From contig CAVQZY010000001.1 in assembly GCA_963718805.1 (NCBI GenBank), forward strand, positions 379,672 through 443,671: a stretch of DNA of 64,000 nucleotides, written 5' to 3'. Shown piece by piece: positions 1 through 9,621 of this stretch (the stretch's first letter is position 1; every line of letters starts with the position of its first letter). This DNA comes from an uncultured Actinomycetota bacterium. Its GTDB lineage: Bacteria; Actinomycetota; Actinomycetes; Mycobacteriales; Jatrophihabitantaceae. A program made the position numbers and the translations under genes. The notes below the pieces were generated by a model, which searched no databases, was not told the origin of the DNA, and worked only from the letters and a program-made list of their open reading frames with translations.

Positions 1-2378
1 TTGACGCCGGTGATGCCGTTGGCGGCCATGCCGTCGTAGAGGCGGATGCGCATGGCCTCGATGCGGTCGCGAGAGCGTTTGGAACCCATGGCCCGGCGCA
101 ACTGGTCGGCTTCGGACGGTGTGAAGTCCGCGATCGCGACGGCGATCTGCATCAATTGCTCTTGAAACAGCGGAATGCCGAGAGTGCGCTTGAGCGGCTC
201 CTCCAACCGCGGGTGGGGGTAGGTGACCTCCTCCTGCTTGTTCTTGCGCCGGATGAACGGATGCACGGAGTCGCCCTGGATCGGGCCGGGCCGGATGAGC
301 GCGACCTCGCAGGCGAGGTCGTAGAACTCACGCGGCCGCAGCCGCGGCAGCGTGGCCATCTGCGCGCGCGACTCGACCTGGAACACGCCGACCGAGTCGG
401 CGGCGCAGAGCATGTCGTAGACACACGGCGCTTCCGGCGGGATCGTCGAGAGCTCGTAGGTGATGCCGTGGAAGTCGGTGATGAACTCGAAGCAGTACTG
501 GATCGCCGACAGCATGCCGAGCCCGAGCAGGTCGAACTTCACCAGGCCGATCTCGGCGCAGTCGTCCTTGTCCCACTGCAGCACGGTGCGCCCGGGCATC
601 CGGCCCCATTCGACCGGGCACACCTCGATCACCGGCCGGTCGCACATCACCATGCCGCCGGAGTGGATGCCCAGATGGCGTGGCGCGTTCTGCAACTCGC
701 CGGCGAGTCCGACCACCTTCGCCGGGACGTCCGAGAGATCATCGGACTCCACCCGGTGTCCATGCTCGGCTCGTGAGCCCGCCTCGGGAGACCAGTAGTA
801 GCCGTGCTCGATCTCCTTGCTCCAGGCGTCCTGCTGGCCCTGCGAATAGCCGAGCGCCTTGGCGATGTCGCGCACGGCCGACTTCGGCCGGTAGCTGATG
901 ACGTTGGCGACCTGCGCGGCGTGCTCGCGGCCGTGCATCTCGTAGACGTGCTGGATGACCTCCTCGCGGCGGTCGGACTCGATGTCGATGTCGATGTCCG
1001 GTGGTTCGCCGCGTTCGGGAGCGAGGAACCGCTCGAACATGAGGTCGTAGTAGACGGCGTCGATGGCGGTGATACGCAGTGCATAGCAGACCGCGGAGTT
1101 CGCGGCCGACCCTCGACCCTGGCACAGGATCCCGTTGTCACGGCAGAACTTCGCGATCTCCCAGACGACGAGGAAGTAGCCGGGGAAGTTGAGCTCCTCG
1201 ATGATCTCCAGCTCGTGCTCGATCACCGCGTAGGCCTTGGCCTCGTGCGGTTTGCCGGCGAAGCATTCGGCTGCGCCGGCATACGCGAGCTGACGCAGGT
1301 AGCCCATCTCGTCGAGCCCGGGTGGGCACGGGAAGGGCGGCAGGTCGGGAGCGATCAGCGACAGCGGGAAGGCAATCTCCTTCGCCAGCCGGGCGGCGGT
1401 GTCGACCACGCCGGGCCAGCGGCGAAATCGCGCCGCCAACTCGGCGCCACTGCGCAGATGGTGGCCGGCCCAGCCAGGCAACCAGCCGTCGACCTCGTCG
1501 AGGCTGCTACGCGCGCGCACCGCGGCCAGCGCGGTGGCAAGCGGCCGCCGGGGCGGCCCGTGGTAGTGCGCGGCCGTGGTGGCCACGACCGCCAGCCGCA
1601 ACTCGTCGGCCAGTGTGGTGAGGAGGTCGTAGCGTTCGTCGGCGAGCGGATCGAGTTCGTAGCTGAGTTCGACGACGACGTTGTCGCGACCGAAGAGGCT
1701 GACGAGTTCACCCAGCGCCTGGCGAGCGGCAGCACTCCCGCCGCGATCGAGCGCCTGGCGCACGGCGCCCTTGCGGCAGCCGGTGAGGATCAGCCAGTGC
1801 CCGTCGGCGGCCTCGGCCAGTTCCTCGACGGTGTCGTAGACCGGGCGCCCTTTCGCCCCGCCGCGCAGGTGCGCGGAGCCGATCGCGCGCGAGAGCCGGG
1901 CGTAGCCGGCCGGATCGCGAGCCAAGGCGAGCAGGTGGGTGCCAGGCGGATCCGGCACGCCCACCCGCGCCGCGATGGAGCGCTCGGCCTGGGTACGCGG
2001 CAGCGCGACGTCGAGGGAGAGCTCGGCGCCGAATCCGGTGGGCAGGTCGTGTGCGCGGGCGGCCTCGGCGAAGCGGACGACGCCGTAGACCCCGTCGTGG
2101 TCGGTGAGGGTCAGCGCCTCGAGCCCGAGCCGGACCGCCTCCTCGACGAGCTCGTCCGGGCCGGATGCGCCGTCGAGGAAGCTGAATGACGAGTGCGCGT
2201 GCAGTTCACCGTAGGCGATCGGCGCGGTCGGCCGGGGCAGGTCGCGAGCCTCGTAGGCCTCGCGTTTGCGCGACCAGGCAGGGGAATCACCACCGTCGCC
2301 GCGCAGCGCCGGCGCGGGACGGCCCGACAGCCGCCGCTCCAGTTCCCGCCACGGGATCTCGGGATTCTCCCAGCCCAT
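1..2378 (-). CDS. dnaE2: Error-prone DNA polymerase III alpha DnaE2 (3' part runs off window)
   Basis: ATG at 2378 gives MGWENPEIPWRELERRLSGR, the typical actinobacterial DnaE2 N-terminus. The same frame at the window edge reads LKRTLGIPLFQEQLMQIAVAIADFTPSEADQLRRAMGSKRS. It is absent from the ORF track because it has no stop in the window. Confidence 0.95.
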   Translation of the reverse strand, partial: MGWENPEIPWRELERRLSGRPAPALRGDGGDSPAWSRKREAYEARDLPRPTAPIAYGELHAHSSFSFLDGASGPDELVEEAVRLGLEALTLTDHDGVYGVVRFAEAARAHDLPTGFGAELSLDVALPRTQAERSIAARVGVPDPPGTHLLALARDPAGYARLSRAIGSAHLRGGAKGRPVYDTVEELAEAADGHWLILTGCRKGAVRQALDRGGSAAARQALGELVSLFGRDNVVVELSYELDPLADERYDLLTTLADELRLAVVATTAAHYHGPPRRPLATALAAVRARSSLDEVDGWLPGWAGHHLRSGAELAARFRRWPGVVDTAARLAKEIAFPLSLIAPDLPPFPCPPGLDEMGYLRQLAYAGAAECFAGKPHEAKAYAVIEHELEIIEELNFPGYFLVVWEIAKFCRDNGILCQGRGSAANSAVCYALRITAIDAVYYDLMFERFLAPERGEPPDIDIDIESDRREEVIQHVYEMHGREHAAQVANVISYRPKSAVRDIAKALGYSQGQQDAWSKEIEHGYYWSPEAGSRAEHGHRVESDDLSDVPAKVVGLAGELQNAPRHLGIHSGGMVMCDRPVIEVCPVEWGRMPGRTVLQWDKDDCAEIGLVKFDLLGLGMLSAIQYCFEFITDFHGITYELSTIPPEAPCVYDMLCAADSVGVFQVESRAQMATLPRLRPREFYDLACEVALIRPGPIQGDSVHPFIRRKNKQEEVTYPHPRLEEPLKRTLGIPLFQEQLMQIAVAIADFTPSEADQLRRAMGSKRSRDRIEAMRIRLYDGMAANGITGV

Positions 2379-2388
2379 TGCGCAAGAT

Positions 2389-2404
2389 TAGAACAGATGT
2401 TCCT
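2389..2404. promoter_or_regulatory. LexA (SOS) box upstream of dnaE2, adjoining a -10-like TAATCT (probable leaderless transcript)
   Basis: TAGAACAGATGTTCCT matches GAAC-N4-GTTC. On the minus strand TAATCT lies 6 nt before the ATG. Confidence 0.85.
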
Positions 2405-2634
2405 ATGATGCAACTGCGTTCCCCACGATCCGATCCAGAGGTGCTCCGCGCCGTCGTCCCTCCACAGTCGCTCTCACCCGATGAGCGGCTGGACCCCGGG
2501 GCAGATGAAGTCAAACCGTGGCAAAGGTCGATGCGGCCAAAGAGGTGTGATGTGCTGCCGCGCCTCGTGGTGCACACTGGGGTTTACCCGGGTGGGCGCA
2601 ATCTGCGTGTGGTCGGAGTTCGGCTGGAGCGCGG

Positions 2635-3705
2635 ATGCCTGTCTCGACTGTTGTATCTACTACTCGCGGCAGCGATTTCGCCGCTTTGTGCCGCGAGGTC
2701 CGGGCGACAGGGTTGCTCCAGCGGCGCCGCTGGTATTACTCGGCCCGAGCGGTTCTGCTCGCCGCGGCGCTGGCCTCGGTGCTGGCCGCGGCCGCGCTGA
2801 TCGGCGACTCCTGGTTCCAACTGCTCACTGCAGTCGCGCTGGGTCTGGTGTTGACCCAGATCGCGTTCTTCGGCCATGACGCGGGCCACCAGCAGGTGTT
2901 TCGGCGCCGCCGTTACAACGACGTGGCGGGGATCGTGGCCGGGAATCTGATCGTCGGGTTGAGTTACGGCTGGTGGATCGACGAGCACACCCGGCACCAC
3001 ACCAACCCCAACCATGAAGATCTCGATCCGGACGTCGCCGACAGCGTGCTGGCGTTCACCGCCGCGCAGGCCAGTGGGCGCGCCGGGGTGGCGCGGTTGG
3101 TGGCCAAGCATGAGGCCGGCCTGTTCTTCCCGCTGCTCACGCTCGAGGGCCTCAACCTGCATGTGTCGGCATTTGCGCACTTGTGGGGCGGCAAACCGGT
3201 GCGCTATCCGCGGCTGGAAAAGGTGCTGCTGCTCGTGCACGTCGCCGCGCTGGTCGCCCTGCCGCTGCTGGTGATGCCGCTGGGTATGGCCGCGGCATTC
3301 ATCGGCGTCACCCAGGCTGTGTTCGGCGTGTACATGGGATGTTCGTTCGCGCCGAACCACAAAGGCATGCCGATGGTTACCGCTGACGATGAGCTCGACT
3401 TCCTGCGCAGGCAGGTCATCACGTCGCGCAACATCCGCGGCAGCCGAATCGTCGACATTGCACTCGGTGGTCTGAACTACCAGATCGAACATCACCTGTT
3501 CCCCAGCATGCCCAGCCCGGCGCTGCGTCACCTGCAACCGATCGTGCGTCGGCACTGCGCCGACCTGGGCGTGCCTTACACCGAGACCAGCCTGTTCGAG
3601 TCCTACCGAGTCGCCCTGACACACATGCGCGACATCGGCGGCGACGCCCGCACCATCGACCGCAAAGCGGTCCACCTTCCTCGGCACAGCCGCGCTACCC
3701 CGTAA
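2635..3705 (+). CDS. Membrane fatty acid (acyl-CoA) desaturase
   Basis: Three His boxes HDAGH, HTRHH and QIEHH, plus hydrophobic segments. Confidence 0.9.
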   Translation: MPVSTVVSTTRGSDFAALCREVRATGLLQRRRWYYSARAVLLAAALASVLAAAALIGDSWFQLLTAVALGLVLTQIAFFGHDAGHQQVFRRRRYNDVAGIVAGNLIVGLSYGWWIDEHTRHHTNPNHEDLDPDVADSVLAFTAAQASGRAGVARLVAKHEAGLFFPLLTLEGLNLHVSAFAHLWGGKPVRYPRLEKVLLLVHVAALVALPLLVMPLGMAAAFIGVTQAVFGVYMGCSFAPNHKGMPMVTADDELDFLRRQVITSRNIRGSRIVDIALGGLNYQIEHHLFPSMPSPALRHLQPIVRRHCADLGVPYTETSLFESYRVALTHMRDIGGDARTIDRKAVHLPRHSRATP

Positions 3706-3851
3706 CCGTCGATCACCGCGACGGCTCCTTCGACCTGCGCTGCCGCACGTCCACCAGCGGCCTCGCCGCCGAACTCGGCGCACACCCGGCCCGCAGTAAC
3801 GAGCCAGCTACCCCGGTCGACGTCTTCGTGGTCCGTCGACTCGAATGCGCG

Positions 3852-4682
3852 CTAGTGTCCGGCCAGCTCGGCTACGACCGGAGCCAGGGCGTCCGCGAAG
3901 TCGGCGCCGAAGACGAAGTAGGAGAAACCGCTCTCTTCGCGGCGTCGCAGGATTTCCGCTGCTGCCGCTGCCGGGTCGCTCGGGAGTATCGCCAGCGAAT
4001 CGGCTGCACGAAGCGCAGCAGGGTCGGTGTCCGGGGGCGCCATGAACGCGGCGACGCGGTCGCCGATCACCGGCACGTGGAGCGCGAGTTCGATGTCGCA
4101 GGTGGCGCGGAAGTCGCGGGCCAGCCGCACGATATCGGCCCGGGCATCACCCGGCATCATCGGGAAGGTGACGGTGTCTGCGATTTCGGCCGCCAACGCT
4201 CGGGCCTTCGGGCCACGCACGGCCATCGCCACCGGCGTGTGCAGGTCGGCGCCGTCGAGATCTCGCAGGGCCTCGACGGTCTCGCGGACCTGGCCCAACC
4301 GCGCGCTCGGTGGGACCACGGGCAGTCCTCGTTCGCGCAGTTCGTCCTCGATTCCTGGGCGACCGGTGCCGATGCCCATCTCGAAGCGACCGTCGGTCAG
4401 CACCGACAACGAATGCGCTTCCCACGCGGTGTTCCAAGCCGTCCGCAGCGGTGCCGCGTACACCCAGGTGCCCACCCGCAGGTCGGCAAGGGTCGCAGCG
4501 ACGGCCAGGGTGGGGCCGGGAGCCGGCTGCCAGCGCGGCACGTCGGGCACCAGGAGCGTCGAGTAGCCGCTGTCGGCGACGCGGCGCACGCGGTCCTGCC
4601 ACGTCGGCAGGTCCGTTCTGATCGGCGCAACGACGCCGAATCGGACCGGCCGGGTGCTGGCGGTTGCCGTCGTGTCGGTCAT
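3852..4682 (-). CDS. LLM-class (luciferase-like) flavin-dependent oxidoreductase
   Basis: Motifs RFGVVAP, GYSTLLVPD, LRVGTWV and GRFEMGIGTG. Likely start MTDTT at 4682 with AAGGA RBS. Confidence 0.8.
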   Translation of the reverse strand: MTDTTATASTRPVRFGVVAPIRTDLPTWQDRVRRVADSGYSTLLVPDVPRWQPAPGPTLAVAATLADLRVGTWVYAAPLRTAWNTAWEAHSLSVLTDGRFEMGIGTGRPGIEDELRERGLPVVPPSARLGQVRETVEALRDLDGADLHTPVAMAVRGPKARALAAEIADTVTFPMMPGDARADIVRLARDFRATCDIELALHVPVIGDRVAAFMAPPDTDPAALRAADSLAILPSDPAAAAAEILRRREESGFSYFVFGADFADALAPVVAELAGH

Positions 4683-4732
4683 ATCCTTGTCCCTTCGCGT
4701 CGGCCCGAGCCCGCGCCGGTCCCACACGATCT

Positions 4733-4758
4733 ACGAACGACGCTCGGCGGTTCCGACA
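4733..4758 (-). promoter_or_regulatory. Putative ECF42-type promoter TGTCGG-N13-CGTTCGT upstream of LLM gene
   Basis: Same boxes and spacing as the motif at 7178-7203. Confidence 0.6.
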
Positions 4759-4899
4759 GCAGACGTCGTGAATTCTCGCGACCGATCCGCTGGATCGGCT
4801 CGGCCTCATCGCCGGCCTGCCTGCCGAGATAGTGCAGCTTCCCTGGGACGGCCCTCGAGTCCGGATCCTCGAGCACCAGGCGCACGCTTCGGGTCATGC

Positions 4900-5256
4900 G
4901 GCACTGTTGATCGAGGAACGAGGGTTCTCGTCGCCGGCGACCTGCTTTCCGATGTCCTGATGCCGATGCTCGACCTGACCGATGTCACTGACCCGATCGA
5001 GAACTACCTCACCGCGCTGCAATTGCTCGAAAGCGTTGTGGGCGATGTCGGCTTCGTCGTTCCTGGCCACGGGTCCGTCGCCGACACTGGTCAGATTCAC
5101 GCACGAATCGACCAGGAACGCGCGTACGTGCACGCATCGCGTGACGCCGATCGTGCGAACGACCCGCGGATCGGCTCATATGCGTCGCATGGCAAGGAGT
5201 GGTTGCCCGGTGTGCGAGCGGCAGGTCGAGGGCCTCGCCCGAAGGCCCGCGCATGA
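4900..5256 (+). pseudogene. C-terminal remnant of MBL-fold metallo-hydrolase
   Basis: VLVAGDLLSDVLMPMLDL and VVPGHG present; no N-terminal HxHxDH part. Confidence 0.6.
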
Positions 5257-5564
5257 CGCGACGGCCAACGGACGATTCTCGCAGCGGGGGTTGCGGCCAC
5301 TCGCAGGCAATATGAACGATGCGCAGGTGTCCAGGTCGAGTTGCTCCTGGACCCGGCCAGGAGTCGGTGTGGGACTACCCCGCGACCGCCGGCTGAATAC
5401 GAGCGAGTGCGTGCGCAGGAGGTGGTTTCTACACAGGCTGGATAACCGGTGGTGTAGTGGCCCGGTCAAGGGGTCAGCACGGGGAACACTCCGGAGCTGC
5501 CCTGCCCTCGGCGTCATCAACCCTCTGCCGACATGCCCGCCGTGCTCGGTTTCGATTTGAGAAG

Positions 5565-6803
5565 TCAGCCCAGCTGGTTGCGGCGGCGCGTCAAATAGGC
5601 GGCTGCGGCGGTGTTGGCAGCGAGTTCGATGGCGGTGTCGTACGCCGCGCGTGAGTCGGCGCTGCGGCCCAGCCGGCGCAGCAGCTCGGCGCGGGTTGCG
5701 TGGTACGGCTGGTAACGGGCCAACGCGTCGCCGAGACGGCCGATAGTCGCCAGGGCTACCTCAGGGCCATCCAGCTCGGCGACCGCAACGGCCCGGTTGA
5801 GGGCGACGACCGGCGACGGATCGAGGCGCGCGAGCTGGTCGTAGAGGGCGACGATCTGGGACCAGTCCGTGCCGTCGGCCTGACGCGCTGACGTGTGCAC
5901 GGCATTGATCGCGGCGAGGATCTGGTAACGGCCCGGCGCCAGTCCGGCGGCGGCAGCGGCAAGGCGCTCACGCACCAGGCGATGGCCCTCGGCGATCAAC
6001 GCGGCGTCCCAGGAGCCGCGGTCCTGCTGGTCGAGGGGAATCAGTTCGCCGTCGGCCGAGACGCGGGTCGTGCGTCGAGCCTCGATGAGCAGCATGAGTG
6101 CGAGGAGCCCGACGACCTCACCGTCGTCCGGCAGGAGTTCGTGGACCAGGCGGGTGAGGCGGATCGCCTCGGCGGTCAGATCCGCACGGACCGGATCGGT
6201 GGTGGCGCCGCTGGCCAGATAGCCCTCGTTGAAGACGAGGTAGAGGACGGCGAGGACGCCGGACACGCGTGCGGGCAGGTCCTCGGTAACCGGTACCCGG
6301 TAGGGGATCCGCGCCACCTTGATCTTGGCCTTGGCGCGGGTGATCCGCTGGCCCATCGTGGCCTCGGGAACCAGGAAGGCGCGGGCGATCTCGGCCGCGG
6401 TCAGGCCGCCGACCATGCGCAGCGTCAACGCGACGCGGGCCTCCATCGCGAGTGCTGGGTGACAGCAGGTGAAGATCAACCGGAGCCGTGGGTCGTCGAT
6501 GGCGCCGAGGTACGCGGACGGGTCGTCGGACAAGAGCTGGGCCTCCTGCTGCTTGTCGTCGCGCTTGTTCTCGCGCCGGATCCGGTCGATGGCCTTGCGG
6601 TTGGCAGTGGTGGTCAGCCAGGCGCCCGGGTTGGGGGGCACGCCGTCAGTCGGCCAGCGCTCGACCGCGGTCGCGAACGCCTCGGCGGCAGCCTCCTCGG
6701 CGATGTCGAGGTCGCCGAAGCGCCTCGTCAGGGAGGCGAGCACCCGAGCCCACTCCTCGCGGTGTGCCTGGGCGATCGCCTCCCGAACGTCGGCCGCACT
6801 CAC
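5565..6803 (-). CDS. ECF sigma factor with TPR-like C-terminal extension (ECF42-type)
   Basis: AEEAAAEAF, GAWLTTTANRKAIDRIRR, LRLIFTCCHPAL and VLYLVFNEGY. 412 aa, overlapping an upstream DGPF gene. Confidence 0.88.
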   Translation of the reverse strand: MSAADVREAIAQAHREEWARVLASLTRRFGDLDIAEEAAAEAFATAVERWPTDGVPPNPGAWLTTTANRKAIDRIRRENKRDDKQQEAQLLSDDPSAYLGAIDDPRLRLIFTCCHPALAMEARVALTLRMVGGLTAAEIARAFLVPEATMGQRITRAKAKIKVARIPYRVPVTEDLPARVSGVLAVLYLVFNEGYLASGATTDPVRADLTAEAIRLTRLVHELLPDDGEVVGLLALMLLIEARRTTRVSADGELIPLDQQDRGSWDAALIAEGHRLVRERLAAAAAGLAPGRYQILAAINAVHTSARQADGTDWSQIVALYDQLARLDPSPVVALNRAVAVAELDGPEVALATIGRLGDALARYQPYHATRAELLRRLGRSADSRAAYDTAIELAANTAAAAYLTRRRNQLG

Positions 6804-7123
6804 ATGAACGGCCGCACCTCGATCCTGCGATTGCAGGCCTTCGACCCCTGCGTGGCGAGCCCGAGCGCGACGTCGAGGTTCGGTGCCTCGATGATCCAGA
6901 ACCCGGCGAGGTATTCCTTCGTCTCCACGAATGGCCCGTCGGTGACTACGGCTTTTGTGCCTCGGTTGTCGATGACGGTGGCCGTGGTGGGTGCGCCGAG
7001 ACCGCCGGCGAAGACCCAGTGACCGTCGGTCTGGAGTTGCTCGTTGAACACGTCGATCGCGGCTTGCTCCTCCGCGCTGTCGGGCGAGGTGCCGTCGTCG
7101 AGCACGGAAACCAGGTACTGCAT
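6800..7123 (-). CDS. YCII-related / DGPF protein
   Basis: VVTDGPFVETKEYLAGFWII and IEVRPF; GAGGAG RBS. Confidence 0.88.
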   Translation of the reverse strand: MQYLVSVLDDGTSPDSAEEQAAIDVFNEQLQTDGHWVFAGGLGAPTTATVIDNRGTKAVVTDGPFVETKEYLAGFWIIEAPNLDVALGLATQGSKACNRRIEVRPFM

Positions 7124-7177
7124 GTCGATCATCTCCTCTGTGTCCGGCGCCGTCGCGGGCGGCCGCTCACCAGTACC

Positions 7178-7203
7178 ACGAACGGCCGCACCCCGATCCG
7201 ACA
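7178..7203 (-). promoter_or_regulatory. Putative ECF42 autoregulatory promoter TGTCGG-N13-CGTTCGT
   Basis: Lies upstream of the DGPF-sigma operon and resembles the TGTCGA-type -35 reported for ECF42. Confidence 0.65.
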
Positions 7204-7204
7204 A

Positions 7205-8398
7205 TCAGTCGTCGATCGCCTGGTACGCCGCCGTCACGACGTCCAGGCGCAGCGACGGTGCGTTGAACTGCTGGGCCATGAGGAGGGTTGTCATGTCCTC
7301 GGCGGGATCGTTGTACCAGGCACATCCGTACCCGTTCCAGCCGTAGCTGCCGACGGACGGTCCGAGGTGGGTGCGCCGCGTGCGGACCGACATCCCGAAA
7401 CCCCAGCCGAAGTCGTCGAAGTAGCCGGGCCAGAACCCGGAAACCGCCTTCTGCGCCGACGTCAGATGGTCGGTGGTCATCAGCGTCACCGCTGCCCGCG
7501 ACAGCACCCGCGCACCGCGCAGGACCCCGCCGGCGAGAAGCGCCGAAGCGAAGGCGAGGTAGTCGTCAGGGGTCGACACGAGCCCGCCGCCGCCTGACTC
7601 GAACTGGGGCGGGCGGCTCCACAGACCGTCCGGAGCGTCGTCGACGACGATGTCTGCGGTGGCGTCATCGCGCCGGTAGGCGGTCGCCAGCCGACGCAGA
7701 TTCTCGCCACCCACGCTGAAGGCGGTGTCCTTCATCCCGAGCGGCTGACAGATCCGCTCCCGCATGGCGGCACCGAACGACGTCCCGGTGGCGCGGGCGA
7801 CGAGCACCACCGTGACGTCGGCAGCGAGCTCGTACATCCAGCGCTCACCCGGCTGGAAGAACAGCGGAAGCTCACCGAGGCGGCGGATGTACTCATCGGG
7901 CGGTGGCGGCGGCTCCAGCGCATTCACGGCATCGGCGATCGGAACGGTCCCAGCCTCGCCCTGCCGGATGTCGATGCCGACCGCCATGCCGGTGCCCAGG
8001 GTGAACGTGAGCAGATCCCGCAGCGTGATCGGCCGGTCGGCCGCGACCACGTTCTCGAGCGGGCCGTTTGGATCGATCAGCACCGCCATGTCCGCCAGCT
8101 CGGGGAGGAGCTCGTCGACCGGGTCGTCGAGCCGCAGCGTGCCGTCCTCGACGAGCGTCATGGCGCACGCAGCGACGATCGGCTTCGACATCGAGGCGAC
8201 GCGAAAGATCGTGTCGCGCGCCATCGGGGTCGCGCCGCCGGCACCGTCGAAGGCAAGACCGCCGACCGCCTCGATGTGGATCTCGCCATGGCGGGCGACG
8301 ACGGCGACCGCACCCGGCACCTCGCCGGCCTCGACGTGGCGACCGAGCACCTCTCGCACGCGGGCCAGGCGTTTCGAACAGAAGCCGCCAACGCTCAC
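7205..8398 (-). CDS. Serine hydrolase, beta-lactamase/class C-like family
   Basis: SxxK motif (ASMSK), LRDLLT, QPGERWMY and GGGGLVST. Confidence 0.85.
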   Translation of the reverse strand: MSVGGFCSKRLARVREVLGRHVEAGEVPGAVAVVARHGEIHIEAVGGLAFDGAGGATPMARDTIFRVASMSKPIVAACAMTLVEDGTLRLDDPVDELLPELADMAVLIDPNGPLENVVAADRPITLRDLLTFTLGTGMAVGIDIRQGEAGTVPIADAVNALEPPPPPDEYIRRLGELPLFFQPGERWMYELAADVTVVLVARATGTSFGAAMRERICQPLGMKDTAFSVGGENLRRLATAYRRDDATADIVVDDAPDGLWSRPPQFESGGGGLVSTPDDYLAFASALLAGGVLRGARVLSRAAVTLMTTDHLTSAQKAVSGFWPGYFDDFGWGFGMSVRTRRTHLGPSVGSYGWNGYGCAWYNDPAEDMTTLLMAQQFNAPSLRLDVVTAAYQAIDD

Positions 8399-8533
8399 GT
8401 TGCACCCCGCACCTTCGCTCGGTGATCGATGCCCAGCCTCACCCTAGGTGGCCGGCCCATCGGGTTTGCGCCGCTCGCCGAGCGCGGTCTCACGCGTGGG
8501 ACGCGCGTCGTGGTGATCGACCGACGCTGCGGG

Positions 8534-9193
8534 TCAGCCGGCCGGCGACGCCGCTGCCGTACCCAGGCCCGGCAGCACCCGCGCCATTGCCGCTGTGTCC
8601 TGCAAGAACGTCTCGGACCGTTCGAACACCTCGCCGACCGCCCGGCCGGCGAGGCGGGTCTGGTAGGCCTCGTAGCGGGCGATCTCCCAGGGCCGGGGTT
8701 CGGACGTCGTCGCAGCCATGACCGAATTCCACATCCAGTCGACGACCGGACTCGCCGTGCCGTCGGCATCGGGCTCGCCGGGATCCACGAGATCGGCGAC
8801 GGCGGTTCGAGCCGCGATGCGATTGCGCACGAATCGCAGGCCGGCGAGACTCTGCTCGATCAACCGGCGGTCGGTGGCCGACCGGGCGAGCAGCGCCTGG
8901 TCATACGTCACCGAGTGATAGCGCACCAACGCGGCGTCGACCATGGTCACGGCCCACACGGCATCGCCGAGCGCCGCGAACCCCACCCACTGCTGGGTGA
9001 GCAGTGGTTGTCGCAGCGCGCGTACGGCCTCGCTGATGGCAGGCATCGACCACTGCACGGCACTGAATCCCACCACTGGGTCACCGGTTTGGCCGCGATG
9101 CCATGACACTCGGCACGCCGCGCAACAGAACCGGGCATGCTCACGCCGAGGAACGAATGTCGTCCCGCACTTCACGCAATCCCGTCCCGCCAT
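8534..9193 (-). CDS. Hypothetical protein with N-terminal Zn ribbon and helical domain
   Basis: CVKC...FCCAAC then GLRFVRNRIA. The start is uncertain (9193 or upstream). Confidence 0.6.
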   Translation of the reverse strand: MAGRDCVKCGTTFVPRREHARFCCAACRVSWHRGQTGDPVVGFSAVQWSMPAISEAVRALRQPLLTQQWVGFAALGDAVWAVTMVDAALVRYHSVTYDQALLARSATDRRLIEQSLAGLRFVRNRIAARTAVADLVDPGEPDADGTASPVVDWMWNSVMAATTSEPRPWEIARYEAYQTRLAGRAVGEVFERSETFLQDTAAMARVLPGLGTAAASPAG

Positions 9194-9352
9194 CGGTACC
9201 GATGGTACCCACCGAACTTGATCAAACAGCCCGAACGGGTCGGATGGTCGTCGCGAGCCCAACCCGACACTCGACCGCGTCATTCGTACGCGGTCGTACC
9301 GGTGACCTCGTGATCGGCCTGGAACAACGCTTCGGTCAGCAAGTGTCCGCAC

Positions 9353-9560
9353 GTGGGTGATCTCGCCGGGCTCTTCGTCATCGCCATGATCGCGATCTCC
9401 TCGGCGTTGGCGGCCTGGGCGGCGATCGATCGGTTGATCCACTCGCGGACGGTCGGCAGGCTCGCACCGATGGATTCACCAGCCTCGCCGTGCTCTTCGG
9501 CGCCGCCGGTGTCGGGGCCGGCTGGCCGGCCGCCGATCCGATCGTCGGGCTGCTCACTCG
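9353..9560 (+). pseudogene. Remnant of cation diffusion facilitator transporter
   Basis: DLAGLFVIAMIAISSALAAWAAIDRLIH and, in another frame, ADPIVGLL. Confidence 0.45.
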
Positions 9561-9621
9561 CCGACCTCAAACGCCTGCCCGCCGCGACGATCCGCGTCAG
9601 CCCGGCGGGCGCGCCTGCGTC

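Noticed and set aside
156-2189. Long plus-strand ORFs (156-776, 804-2189)
   Set aside because: Antisense shadows of dnaE2, typical of high-GC DNA.
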